Below are positions 1 to 9,953 of a stretch of DNA of 64,000 nt, in pieces. The notes under the pieces were generated by a model, which was given only the letters and a program-made list of their open reading frames with translations, did not search any database and was not told where the DNA came from. This stretch comes from a virus. The stretch's first letter is position 1, and each line of letters opens with the position of its first letter. The stretch lies in IMG/VR virus record IMGVR_UViG_3300042691_046823. The stretch is one strand, 5' to 3'. Both the position numbers and the translations under genes were made by a program.

Positions 1-1189
1 CATCAGCCAGTTCTTCCAATATGACCGGTGCGAACGGTCTAAATTTCTGTCTGCGTTTGATTTCATTCACTCGATCCTTGATCTCCCACCCGCGCGGGTC
101 GGCTAACAAACTACGATTGCCCAAGGCTCGTGGTCCCCATTCGGCTCTTCCTGATGCTACTCCTACTATCTTGTCTCGGAGCAGATGATCCAACAAAGGT
201 TTGACAGGGTAATCTCCGGATATCCGGTGTCCAAGATACGCATCTCGCCAACGCAGGCGACCACCATGAGCTAATGCGGCTGCACCAAGACTGCTACCAG
301 CATCACCGGGATTGGGCATGATCCAAACTCTATCAAAATACTTGCCGAGATGCGCATTGGCCACGCAGTTCAAAGCGACGCCGCCCATGTAAACTAAGTT
401 TTCGCAGCCAGTCAATTCTTTGGCACGACGCATGATTGACTTGATTAAATGTTCTGCCAGTGCCTGCGCCGATGCCGCGATATCTTCCTTGCTGGCAAAA
501 CTCAACTCATCATCAAATCCAATGTGCAGATTTTGTTTGAATTGCATAGCAATATCATCTTCAACAAACTGATCTCGCATCCATGCACACCCCAGTCGAT
601 TACCATAGGCTGCCATGCCCATGGTGATGTATTCTTCATCCATGGGTCGCAGTCCCACTGCCTTGGTTATGGCCGAATAAAATAGCCCTATTGAGTGTGG
701 ATATCGTTGTCCCCACATTTTTTTATAGTGCGCACGACCTTGGTTATCGTAGGCAGCACTATAAATCGACACAGTATCAAGTTCGCCAATGGCGTCGATG
801 ACCACTACTGCGGCCTGATCAAATGGTGATGTCTGGAATCCGGCCGCGGCATGACTGAGGTGATGGGCAAAGCACAACTCACGATGAGCTGGATGTTGAT
901 ACCATGAGCCGAGATGCTTTTTCAGCGCACCGCTCGCTGTCCATGGTCCATACAACTTTTGCCCCGATCTCCATTGCTGGATGTTGTGCATCCATGGACG
1001 TTCATAAAAAGCCACGGTATCATAATCCCATTCACAGCATTCTTCCATGAGCGCTGGATGAATGTTGGGATCATTCTTGATCTTGCTGTATCGTTCGCTG
1101 TGTCCAGCAAACACGATCTCCCCATCACCACGCACGATACTGACCGCGGCGTCATGAAAACCCGCCGAAACTCCTAAAATGTGTTTCAT
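1..1189 (-). CDS. Carbamoyltransferase, NodU/CmcH/TobZ family (3' end runs off the window)
   Basis: Missing from the ORF track; translated by hand from ATG 1189: MKHILGVSAGFHDAAV...HHLSHAAAGF...VIDAIGE...SIGLFYS...GGVALNCVAN...PGDAGSSLGAA...EWGPRALGNRSLLADPR...KRRQKFRPFAP. These are the Kae1-like and YrdC-like signatures of O-carbamoyltransferases. Confidence 0.95.
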   Translation of the reverse strand, partial: MKHILGVSAGFHDAAVSIVRGDGEIVFAGHSERYSKIKNDPNIHPALMEECCEWDYDTVAFYERPWMHNIQQWRSGQKLYGPWTASGALKKHLGSWYQHPAHRELCFAHHLSHAAAGFQTSPFDQAAVVVIDAIGELDTVSIYSAAYDNQGRAHYKKMWGQRYPHSIGLFYSAITKAVGLRPMDEEYITMGMAAYGNRLGCAWMRDQFVEDDIAMQFKQNLHIGFDDELSFASKEDIAASAQALAEHLIKSIMRRAKELTGCENLVYMGGVALNCVANAHLGKYFDRVWIMPNPGDAGSSLGAAALAHGGRLRWRDAYLGHRISGDYPVKPLLDHLLRDKIVGVASGRAEWGPRALGNRSLLADPRGWEIKDRVNEIKRRQKFRPFAPVILEELAD

Positions 1190-1287
1190 TTGTAAATGAA
1201 AGGGTCGCGTTTGCGCAGTTCTTTGAGCTTTCTACGATAACGAATTTCTAATTTAATTTTGGCTACCAATCTTCTAAACCAGTTCAT
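1186..1287 (-). CDS. 33-aa basic micro-protein ending in DPFIYK, coupled to the carbamoyltransferase (SxtK/DUF5989-like C-terminus)
   Basis: MNWFRRLVAKIKLEIRYRRKLKELRKRDPFIYK*. It fills the gap between two genes, and its TGA overlaps the carbamoyltransferase ATG (ATGA). Confidence 0.8.
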   Translation of the reverse strand: MNWFRRLVAKIKLEIRYRRKLKELRKRDPFIYK

Positions 1288-1290
1288 ATT

Positions 1291-2373
1291 TTATCCTTGT
1301 TTCAAAATTTCAATCTGTCTCTGTATGTAATCCTCGTCACTCCAGTGATAAGCATAATGTGCCCTATGGCGCAAGGTGCGCACTTCACTTACGTCAAGAT
1401 GTTGGTTCAACATTGCCCAGATTTTTTGCGGATCTTCTGTACCAAAAGAGACCTTTAGATCTACCTGTGCTATCTTAGGATGGCCAATGGTCAATTCAGG
1501 ATCCTCAGGGTCAAACCCATTGATGGTAAGCCAATGTCGGAAGTCTTCCAACATTTTCGTCTGCCAGGGGAAATCTTTGGGATTGCGCCCCCACTCTATA
1601 TCAAAGTCTGCGGCTGCTTCGGACTGATTGCGCAAGGCGCTGGTTGTCAATTCTCCGATCCTGCTATCACGTCCTTCATCCTGGAACACTTCCCAATGAT
1701 GTTTGCCCACGGCTTTGTTCACGCCTATGTATACGCCGCCAAGATCACGATTGATAGTGTCCACCCCGAACAAATCAAGATCTTCAATTTCCAAAGCAAA
1801 ACGTGGAGCACTGAGCCAGCACATGAGTTGGCTGGGCCTTTGCCAATCTGGGGCCTCGATCTGCTTGCGATAAGACAAGGCCCAAGACTCGAATTCGTGG
1901 CACAGTAGATTAAGTTGCCGGATATGCCATCTTATTTCGTGATCCGCCTTGATGTAGAAATCACTCATGCGGCCGCTACTGCCCTGTAAATCTTCAAAAT
2001 ATCTATGGAGCATGTTGAGACGGTGTTGTACGATGTTCCTGCCTTTTGTACGATTGCCTTGGGGTTCGTCTGTCATGGTGTTGGCCATAGTAAACCAATC
2101 ATCAATATGGTAACCAATGTCGGCATCATTGATATATAAAATGCTTGCGTTGACTCGATCCAAGATCATCTGGCCATCTCGATCGCTGTCAGCAAAGCCG
2201 AGGAAACAATAATTTTTTTCCAAATGTAACTCGTTGAATAGCACATGATCCAATGCTTGTATCCACTTACGACCCAGATTATGATCAATGACATCAATTT
2301 TTACTGTGATGACATGCTGTGATCGACGATCTATCAGATCTATTTCAACAGGATATTTCTTGCCACCATGCAT
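1291..2373 (-). CDS. Hypothetical protein with His/Glu helical motifs, possibly metal-binding (start uncertain, 2373 or 2403)
   Basis: About 360-aa ORF within the operon; motifs LNMLHRYFE, LNLLCHEFE, GKHHWEVF. Confidence 0.75.
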   Translation of the reverse strand: MHGGKKYPVEIDLIDRRSQHVITVKIDVIDHNLGRKWIQALDHVLFNELHLEKNYCFLGFADSDRDGQMILDRVNASILYINDADIGYHIDDWFTMANTMTDEPQGNRTKGRNIVQHRLNMLHRYFEDLQGSSGRMSDFYIKADHEIRWHIRQLNLLCHEFESWALSYRKQIEAPDWQRPSQLMCWLSAPRFALEIEDLDLFGVDTINRDLGGVYIGVNKAVGKHHWEVFQDEGRDSRIGELTTSALRNQSEAAADFDIEWGRNPKDFPWQTKMLEDFRHWLTINGFDPEDPELTIGHPKIAQVDLKVSFGTEDPQKIWAMLNQHLDVSEVRTLRHRAHYAYHWSDEDYIQRQIEILKQG

Positions 2374-3646
2374 GTATTTCTTCGTCCTCTTTGGTAATAT
2401 CATTCCAGGTGTATGTATCTTTTCGTATAGACTCTAATTTTAACACACGTCTTTTGCCATCAACAAGACCTTGTTGCCAGGAATCTGGCCATGCTTCCTG
2501 GAAAGTAGGCCTATGTTTCAATTGACACAGCACATCTTTTAACGCCCCGGGTGGTAAATCTTCCAGCAAATTATTGATTTTCTTGTCGAGAAGCCATCGT
2601 GGCAATGCAAGAGGACTCATCACTATATCGGGTGAAAACCCAAACACTACTTTGGCAAGGATGTCAACTCCGAATTCGTCAGCGAGCGTTTGTATTCTTC
2701 TGATTTCAAACAGTCCAGGTAAAGTGAGTGTGAAATCGATTCGCATCTGGCGGCGATTCTTGCATAGGTCCAATCCTCGGGCAAAGTTATGTCGCCATTG
2801 TTCATAGTCGAGTCCGGTTCGGATGTATTCTCCTGTGGCTCCGGTTCCGTCAAGGCTGGCACAGATTTGCCAGTCGCGAACATGTCCAAGAATATCGTCA
2901 TAAAGATCAATCCCACGATAGTGGATACGAGAAAGATTGGTGTTATATCTGGCATAGAGTTTGGGCCCGTCACCCAGGTCAATTATTCTTTTCATGTACC
3001 GCCAATGCTGTTCGTACATCAACGGTTCGCCGCCCACCCAGTAAACCTCTTCCACACGATGCTGTTCCACTGCATCAGCAAACTCTTGTTCTATCTGGGT
3101 GTCTTGAAACTTACTTATTTGTGCTCTGACGGCGGGGAGCATCCAGTTGTTTTTGGTATTAGACCAGTCAATCATGTTATGCTGTCTCTGTTCACTTTCC
3201 CAGGCCGAACTTAACATGTCACCACACATCCTGCATTTGAAATTGCAAAGATTTGAAAATCTATAGTCCCAGCTCACCGGTTGCATGGTAGTGGATCCAT
3301 CCTCGGCTGTGGATGCCATGGCCTGCTCATATTTGTGTGCAAACAAACGATTGAAATAATCTCTGTAAACGTCTGTGTTTAACAATTTTTCATTGCAAAC
3401 TTCACACTCGGGCAAGATTTCGCCAGCCATCATGCGACGACGCACACTACGCATGTGCTCGCTGTTCCAATGGTCGTCTAATGTAATAGGAATATAACGA
3501 CCGGTGCCTGCAGCTGTGTCAATGTATTGCTGGAAATTTTGAGCAGGCTCTCTACTGGCACAACACATCCTTCGCTCAGTCTGCGGCGAAAGATAAGTGT
3601 GTGTCCACGGCGCAAGGCACAAGGTGTTAGGTTTAGAGGAAATCAT
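2345..3646 (-). CDS. Radical SAM enzyme with N-terminal Twitch/SPASM-like Cys cluster
   Basis: CLAPW...MCC...CEVC, then CNFKCRMC (CxxxCxxC), GGEP, YNTN, SLDG. Confidence 0.93.
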   Translation of the reverse strand: MISSKPNTLCLAPWTHTYLSPQTERRMCCASREPAQNFQQYIDTAAGTGRYIPITLDDHWNSEHMRSVRRRMMAGEILPECEVCNEKLLNTDVYRDYFNRLFAHKYEQAMASTAEDGSTTMQPVSWDYRFSNLCNFKCRMCGDMLSSAWESEQRQHNMIDWSNTKNNWMLPAVRAQISKFQDTQIEQEFADAVEQHRVEEVYWVGGEPLMYEQHWRYMKRIIDLGDGPKLYARYNTNLSRIHYRGIDLYDDILGHVRDWQICASLDGTGATGEYIRTGLDYEQWRHNFARGLDLCKNRRQMRIDFTLTLPGLFEIRRIQTLADEFGVDILAKVVFGFSPDIVMSPLALPRWLLDKKINNLLEDLPPGALKDVLCQLKHRPTFQEAWPDSWQQGLVDGKRRVLKLESIRKDTYTWNDITKEDEEIHAWWQEISC

Positions 3647-4838
3647 AATCTATAGCAAATGCAAATTCGGGAGCCACTTGATTGAGATTTTGTCCGCGTC
3701 TCTGATCGACCTCGTAGACGCTTCTTCTAAGATCGCTACCATCAGTGCTGGTACCTTGATTCATAAAATCAATGATGCGTTGTATCTCAGTATCGTGTTT
3801 GACACTGAATCGGCCGCTCCTTAATCGGGCCTGCGTGATTTCTTTGGCTTTGGCCGGCAGATTGGCTATACAGAATTGCGGAGCATCATGCAACATATTC
3901 CAGTAAACAAAATCAAAATCCTGCTGATCTATCCAGGCAGCCACATCTTCAAGATACATCACGTTAAACACATTGACCGTGGTACAAACCTGCAGGGTTA
4001 TATTTTTGTTCCTTGCACGCATTTGACGGAATAGTTCTACATGACCATTCACGGCAGTCCAGTCGGCTCCGGCCCGTTGATATTCAAATCTTTCGGACAC
4101 ATCATCAATGCTGAACGCTATTTCTACGTGCCGGAAGTTTTTCCACAGTGCTTCTGCTCCTACAGGATACATGGTACCATTGGTGTTGTAGTGTATATCA
4201 ATGTTGGCAGCCAAGCCTCGATCAACCAACTTGGCCAGGAGATCAAAATGTTCTTGTATCATGAATGGTTCACCTCCGGTGAATTCAAGATATCGTAAAC
4301 TTTCGAGGTTAGACTCGAGATCTTGCCAGAATCTCTGTTCTTCTCTGGGCCAGCGACCCAACTTCATCATGACATAATGGAAGTTATTTTTCTTTTCTTG
4401 CTGATATTTTATTTCTTCGGCTGCATAGGTCGATGATGACCATGATCCGCAAATGCGGCATTTAAGATTGCATATATTACCCAGTTTGAGATCCAAGAAC
4501 ATCAAGGGTTCGGGTTGATCTGTCCATTGTTCAGTGTCCACGACGTGTTTCAGGCGATCCAAAGTATGCATGCGTTTGCTGGTTCGGCCCGCACGTTCTT
4601 CGTTCCAACAACGTTCACAGTCAGGGGTCTGTTGTCCTTGCAAGAAAGATTTTCGTAGTTCTTGCATGTGCTGGCTTTGTCTGATAGTCTGGATAGACGT
4701 TTCCCCCAGGCCGAACTTGGTACCATGTTCGTCCACTATCTCGTTGCGAGACAAACAGCAAGGTCTCACGGTGCCGATAGGACTGGCTTCAAGGCTTATC
4801 CAAGGCAACACGCAAAACTTGTCGTGAGGAACCTTCAT
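3633..4838 (-). CDS. Radical SAM enzyme with N-terminal Twitch/SPASM-like Cys cluster
   Basis: CVLPW...RPCC...CERC, CNLKCRIC, TGGEP, YNTNGT, SID. Confidence 0.93.
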   Translation of the reverse strand: MKVPHDKFCVLPWISLEASPIGTVRPCCLSRNEIVDEHGTKFGLGETSIQTIRQSQHMQELRKSFLQGQQTPDCERCWNEERAGRTSKRMHTLDRLKHVVDTEQWTDQPEPLMFLDLKLGNICNLKCRICGSWSSSTYAAEEIKYQQEKKNNFHYVMMKLGRWPREEQRFWQDLESNLESLRYLEFTGGEPFMIQEHFDLLAKLVDRGLAANIDIHYNTNGTMYPVGAEALWKNFRHVEIAFSIDDVSERFEYQRAGADWTAVNGHVELFRQMRARNKNITLQVCTTVNVFNVMYLEDVAAWIDQQDFDFVYWNMLHDAPQFCIANLPAKAKEITQARLRSGRFSVKHDTEIQRIIDFMNQGTSTDGSDLRRSVYEVDQRRGQNLNQVAPEFAFAIDYDFL

Positions 4839-6097
4839 CGGAGCGCCTCTAATTCAGGAAGAGCAGTGGCAATGTTTTGCGATCTGATTCGATCAAGTTC
4901 TTGGGTCTTTTGCCAAAAGGTATCGACTAGATCAGATCTATCAGATGCCATCATGAAATTTATGGCTGATTGTAGTCCCACAGTAACACGAGAAAGACTG
5001 TCTCGACCGCGCAACCACTCAATGTGTTCCTCAAACTTGATGCGTAATCTTTGCTTGTACTTGACGGGCGCAATATCCAATCTATACCATGCTGGATCTT
5101 GCAATATGTTTATATTACAATCTTGAGGTCGTATGAGTCCTCGATCAACCCAATGTCGGTGGAAATCTGGTAAATGCCAGGCATTGAGTATACTCAAAGT
5201 AGGACTGATATAAAAATCTACATTGGGGCAGATATCTATCATGCGGCGTCTATTTTCTTCTACCTGCTGCCAGTCTGTACCGTTACGTATATACTCAGCA
5301 CGTGATCCCATGGCATCAAGGCTGGCTCCCACTGCTACGCTGTCGAATTTTTTCCAATAGTCAAACACATACCTATCTTTTAATCTTACCTGGGTAAAAT
5401 TGGTATTGTAAATCAGTCGCACATCAAATCGGCCTCTGCGTTCCAATTCTTCCAAGATACGATAATGTTCGTCCATCATCAATGGCTCACCACCGGCAAA
5501 ATAAATCTGCTCCACATAATCTATGTGTGGCAACAACTGCTCCCACATGTCGTTGGCGGTTCGCCCAGCGATGTTCAGAGCGCGATTCTTTGATGCCCAG
5601 TCGGTGCCCGCCAGTTTGGCCTGATCCTGATACCACGAACTGCTGAAAATATGTCCACAACTGCGACAACTGAGATTGCAAAGATTAGAAAAGCGTATGT
5701 CCCAGTAAGTCATTTCAAAAGGATTAGTTGATAACTTTTTTATATGATGTCCATGATGCTTGTTGGCCGACTGCCTACCACTGAAAAAACCTGCAGACTC
5801 CTGTTCATAGCAACGTTGGCAAGCTTTGCTTTTGATGTCATGCAACATATTGTCGCGCAACTGGCCCATGGCATCACCGGTCCAGATTTCTTGCAGAGTC
5901 TGAGACCTACAATCTCCAACCTGTCCCACTTTCATTTCTGCATGACAACAAGGATAGGCTTCTCCCGTGGGATATGCATGTAAATGTATCCAGGGATAGA
6001 TACAAAAAGTCTTTGATTCTTTCAATAAAAAATTTTCGCGCTCGGTAAGATCCACCGGCTTCAATAAATCAGGGCTGTTATATTTGTATTGAGTCAT
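4835..6097 (-). CDS. Radical SAM enzyme with N-terminal Twitch/SPASM-like Cys cluster
   Basis: CIYPW...YPCC...CQRC, CNLSCRSC, AGGEP. Start moved to ATG 6097 (MTQYKY) to minimise overlap with the upstream gene. Confidence 0.92.
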   Translation of the reverse strand: MTQYKYNSPDLLKPVDLTERENFLLKESKTFCIYPWIHLHAYPTGEAYPCCHAEMKVGQVGDCRSQTLQEIWTGDAMGQLRDNMLHDIKSKACQRCYEQESAGFFSGRQSANKHHGHHIKKLSTNPFEMTYWDIRFSNLCNLSCRSCGHIFSSSWYQDQAKLAGTDWASKNRALNIAGRTANDMWEQLLPHIDYVEQIYFAGGEPLMMDEHYRILEELERRGRFDVRLIYNTNFTQVRLKDRYVFDYWKKFDSVAVGASLDAMGSRAEYIRNGTDWQQVEENRRRMIDICPNVDFYISPTLSILNAWHLPDFHRHWVDRGLIRPQDCNINILQDPAWYRLDIAPVKYKQRLRIKFEEHIEWLRGRDSLSRVTVGLQSAINFMMASDRSDLVDTFWQKTQELDRIRSQNIATALPELEALR

Positions 6098-7415
6098 ACC
6101 ATGATACCAAGTTAGGAAAAGTTCGGCGGAAGTTGTGATTTCTCCGTTTGTCATATTGCTCATAGAATGCACGGAAATCATTGTGTAGTCGGGGCATGTC
6201 AAAGGCCTCAGAATGTGGTGTCTTGACCACATCGAGGTAATCAATCAGTCTCTGCACATGATTGCGTTCGTGTGGTTGCAAACAGATGTTATGATTCCAT
6301 CGATCTAACCAGGCCTGCAATCTGTCTCTATGGTGCATGCGTATGCGATCTGGCAACACCAAGGGACTTTGGAAACTGGGGAATCTGAGTATGTTCAAGG
6401 TAAAGTTCGGAAAGTCTGCACCAAAATCCTGTTTCCATAACATGAGATAGTGCAAGAACTCTGGCAGGCTTTCCAGGCACAAGGCATTGACTGTACACAT
6501 CACATGCAACGCACGCACTTTCTTGGTTTGCATGATATGTTCCATGTTGTAGGTCCACTGTCCGTAATTCAACCCATCGCGGATGTATTCTGCGTGCGGT
6601 CCTATACTTTCGTTAGAAGTGTATAGATCTAATTCTACACCTTCACAGCCATCTATGGCACGCTGTATCACATCTCCTTCCATGCCAAGATTGGAATTGA
6701 TAGCCAGGCGGGTATGACTACGACCAGGATTGTCTCTGAACCAGTCTATGAGTTTCCAGGTATAGCCCGACATCAGTGGCTCGCCACCGGTGATGCGTAG
6801 TTCGTCTAAGGTCCTGTGGAGGTCCGATTCCCACCACTGGAAGAACGCTTCCACATATGGATTGGTTTGCCCATAACGGTATAACTGAGCACTGTCATGA
6901 GCATGAGTAAAGTGGTTCCTGCCGTCGCTAATGAGTCCTGTATAAGGTCCGTGCTTGCGGATATCGTTGACCCAAGAAGTGCTAAAAGCAGGATTGCAGT
7001 AACTACATGCAAACTGACATGTGCGATCAAAACTGATCTCCAGAGTGCGGAGATCAACATCTGTTTCCACTGGTGCTTTAGCCGCATGATTGAGATCCTC
7101 GATCTTGTATATCTTGCTCTTGTAAACTCTGTCCGACACAGCATCTCGACCCATGTCCTCGATCTTCCAGCAATATTCACAGCCCGGCGGGCGTTCTCCT
7201 GCCTGCATCATCTTGCGATCTTGTTTCTTCTGTGCTGTGTTGTGTATGGCTTTGGGATTGGTGCTGAATTCTGGTCCAATGGCATGTGCTGGAGGATGAT
7301 GGCACGAAGTGGTCTGTCCTGAACCCAGCCAAATGGTCGCATTGTACCACTTAGCACCACAGAAGCTGTTAGAGATTGGGTCCAGCACCTGCTGGCGGAA
7401 TTCAAGGTCGTCCAT
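6078..7415 (-). CDS. Radical SAM enzyme, CxAKW...SCHHPP subtype
   Basis: CGAKW...TSCHHPP...CEYC, CQFACSYC, TGGEP. Confidence 0.92.
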   Translation of the reverse strand: MDDLEFRQQVLDPISNSFCGAKWYNATIWLGSGQTTSCHHPPAHAIGPEFSTNPKAIHNTAQKKQDRKMMQAGERPPGCEYCWKIEDMGRDAVSDRVYKSKIYKIEDLNHAAKAPVETDVDLRTLEISFDRTCQFACSYCNPAFSTSWVNDIRKHGPYTGLISDGRNHFTHAHDSAQLYRYGQTNPYVEAFFQWWESDLHRTLDELRITGGEPLMSGYTWKLIDWFRDNPGRSHTRLAINSNLGMEGDVIQRAIDGCEGVELDLYTSNESIGPHAEYIRDGLNYGQWTYNMEHIMQTKKVRALHVMCTVNALCLESLPEFLHYLMLWKQDFGADFPNFTLNILRFPSFQSPLVLPDRIRMHHRDRLQAWLDRWNHNICLQPHERNHVQRLIDYLDVVKTPHSEAFDMPRLHNDFRAFYEQYDKRRNHNFRRTFPNLVSWYDSIQI

Positions 7416-8541
7416 GATTTATCAAAGAAAAAAATTGTTGGGGGATTTGCGCACGATGTTCCTTTTGGAATTCTCGCAATCGCTGTTGATTGTATTTACA
7501 GATAGGTTCACAGGCCTGTAGGAAAGACTGTAGATCTTGGCCTACAAGATCCACTACGATATCATGTATGCGATCCAATCTCTGTTGGTTGTCTTCTATG
7601 CTATCAAAACTTTCGTCGATCACGGATCCAAAAGTCTGGAATCCAAGATCGCGCATGTCTCTATAAAAATATTGATTGGCAGCACAGATCCAGGGATGCC
7701 CCATGGCAATAACTTTGGCTATTTTTTCGGTGCGAAAACTGTAAGGCACATCATACACAGTTTCCGTAACTAAACTGAAATAGGTATCCACATAGCCCTG
7801 GGGTTCAAGATAGATCTCACCCCAGGTATTTTGGAACATGTCTTGTTTGATAAAAGCGCGATCGGGCATGTCTACCATGATCTCAGTGTCACGGTAATCG
7901 CGATATTCATACAGCGCAGGCAATCTACGCAAGGGTGTGGGTGTGGCCATTACATTGACATCACCACGCATGAGTTTCAACTCGCGATCTATACAAGGCC
8001 GGCTTTCAAGCATGGTCCAGAGACTTTGATCAAGAATCTGGCTTTCACGGAATCTCTCCCAGAGATACTTGCGATGAGGTCTGGCTCTTCCGTTGAGGAA
8101 CATAAAGGTGTATGGTTTTGGATTTCCAGCAAAGATCTCATCGGTACGCTGTTGAGCTTGTATGTTTTCTTGGTAATCCAGGATGTGGACTAAAAAATGA
8201 TCTATTCGTGTATAAGCATAGGCCGGATCCATGTCGCCACCACCAATGATGCGCAGATTACCACCTCGAGCATGAGATTCTAAATTCATGCTCCGCAGTT
8301 GATCCATGAGGGTACGGCTTCCTTCGAATGCATTGTCAAATACCACAGTGACGTCGGGTCTTGTCAGCAACATCTCAATCATGGGTCGATATTCTACAAA
8401 CAACTTGCGACCTATGACATACACACTGTTGGCCACGATGTCATGATTCTCCAGAGTCCAAAATTCGTGTGTGATCCAGGGCCGGAGATCTCTGTACACC
8501 AAGCTGAAAGTATCTACTACGAGATTACGACCGTTGAGCAT
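7402..8541 (-). CDS. Putative glycosyltransferase-like protein (ET...TEK family)
   Basis: FLNGRARPHR, FSLVTET, FRTEK, HPWI, LGFQTF...IDESFD. The TEK motif recalls GT10/GT-B nucleotide-sugar binding. Paralogous to 10103-11074. Start moved to ATG 8541. Confidence 0.55.
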   Translation of the reverse strand: MLNGRNLVVDTFSLVYRDLRPWITHEFWTLENHDIVANSVYVIGRKLFVEYRPMIEMLLTRPDVTVVFDNAFEGSRTLMDQLRSMNLESHARGGNLRIIGGGDMDPAYAYTRIDHFLVHILDYQENIQAQQRTDEIFAGNPKPYTFMFLNGRARPHRKYLWERFRESQILDQSLWTMLESRPCIDRELKLMRGDVNVMATPTPLRRLPALYEYRDYRDTEIMVDMPDRAFIKQDMFQNTWGEIYLEPQGYVDTYFSLVTETVYDVPYSFRTEKIAKVIAMGHPWICAANQYFYRDMRDLGFQTFGSVIDESFDSIEDNQQRLDRIHDIVVDLVGQDLQSFLQACEPICKYNQQRLREFQKEHRAQIPQQFFSLINHGRP

Positions 8542-9934
8542 GTCCACGACACTCCTCCCACCATTGGCGCATCTGTGGAAAAGTAGCCAGGAAGTCTGTA
8601 CCGCGTCGCCGATCGTGCTCGGCAAAAAACCTATAGAAGTCTGCCCTATTCCTGCTTTGATCCTGTGTCAGTCCTTGCTTCATCCAGGCAATGTCACGTC
8701 GTAATCTTTGTATTTCAAAGTCTCGGAATCCATGCATGGGATCTTGATTCAATTCCATCCAGTCGGCAGTGCGTTCCAGCACGGCCGAATAACTTTCAGG
8801 CAAGGTCTGCAAACTCTGCCAGGCCGGTTGGCGCAGTACCGGAGTGTCAAACCACACACGCTGATAAGTGCTACTGTATTTTTTGCGCAGATCCAATATC
8901 CATTGCAGGAGATCTTGCAATCCCAACACTGACAGATTGTTCATAGTAACGATAAAAGTCAGACTGTTGCGCCGAGGAGCTTCGCCAAGATAGCGATGTA
9001 CGTAGTCCCATAGTCGTCGGAACTGCAGACCATTCCTGATATATTGAGCTTGGCCGGGATTGCCAGAATCAATGCTGACATACTGCATGAAATGTTCGAT
9101 ATTGGTATCACACAATTTTTTAACATAGTCAAGATAGCGATTAAACAGCGCAGGTTCCACTGAGAAATTGCTGGTCACATTGAGATGCAAATCGGGCTTG
9201 GGCAAGGCCAGCACATAATCAAATACCCGATATGTGTTTCGATCCATGAGAGGTTCGCCGCCGGTCATGCGGAAATGTCTCAATCGAGGATACAGAGTAG
9301 GCCACCATGCCCAAAATGCCTCCACATAGGGATTGTGTTCTCTTGCAGGGATAGGGAGTCGAGATCCTGAGAAATGCTCAGGACTGTTATGAGGAGTAGC
9401 AGTAGGGTAGGATCCATGACGCTGAATTTCGTCCATCCACGATGACGAAAATTGTGGACTGCAATAACTACAGCGGAGATTACAAGCACTGTTGAAATTA
9501 ACTTCAACATAACTGGGGACGACATCATCTTCGTTACCAGTAGAACCTGCGATATGATCAAAATCTATGGCAGCCCAAGATTCGCCGGAACGATAATGTC
9601 GATCGCTCATCTCACCAAGATCTTCCATGTTCCAGCAATACTGGCATTCTGCGGGACGTTGTCCTTGTAACATCATGCGTCGTTGTTGTTTCTTATGCGA
9701 AGTATTGTGCAAGGCTCCAGGATCTCTTCCAATTTCTTCAATAGATATCTGATGTAACGGTGGATGATAACATGAATTGTTCATGCCCGTGGTTAGATGC
9801 AGACTAACCTGTTTCCATTTGGCCAGACACAAACTGGGACTCACTGAGTCCAGACGTTGTTTCATCACTTCGGCGTCGCTGAGAAATTTTGATTTAAAAT
9901 TCTGCGCTATTTCATTGTCTTTATTTTGCGGCAT
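8525..9934 (-). CDS. Radical SAM enzyme, CxAKW...SCYHPP subtype
   Basis: CLAKW...NSCYHPP...CQYC, CNLRCSYC, TGGEP; clear paralog of 6078-7415. Confidence 0.92.
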   Translation of the reverse strand: MPQNKDNEIAQNFKSKFLSDAEVMKQRLDSVSPSLCLAKWKQVSLHLTTGMNNSCYHPPLHQISIEEIGRDPGALHNTSHKKQQRRMMLQGQRPAECQYCWNMEDLGEMSDRHYRSGESWAAIDFDHIAGSTGNEDDVVPSYVEVNFNSACNLRCSYCSPQFSSSWMDEIQRHGSYPTATPHNSPEHFSGSRLPIPAREHNPYVEAFWAWWPTLYPRLRHFRMTGGEPLMDRNTYRVFDYVLALPKPDLHLNVTSNFSVEPALFNRYLDYVKKLCDTNIEHFMQYVSIDSGNPGQAQYIRNGLQFRRLWDYVHRYLGEAPRRNSLTFIVTMNNLSVLGLQDLLQWILDLRKKYSSTYQRVWFDTPVLRQPAWQSLQTLPESYSAVLERTADWMELNQDPMHGFRDFEIQRLRRDIAWMKQGLTQDQSRNRADFYRFFAEHDRRRGTDFLATFPQMRQWWEECRGHAQRS

Positions 9935-9953
9935 TGAATGTACTTTCCAGATC

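Noticed and set aside
1-1189. Carbamoyltransferase as a 5hmC DNA-modifying enzyme
   Set aside because: Not excluded, but no dCMP hydroxymethylase or thymidylate-synthase homologue is visible in this window, and the neighbours point to glycan chemistry.
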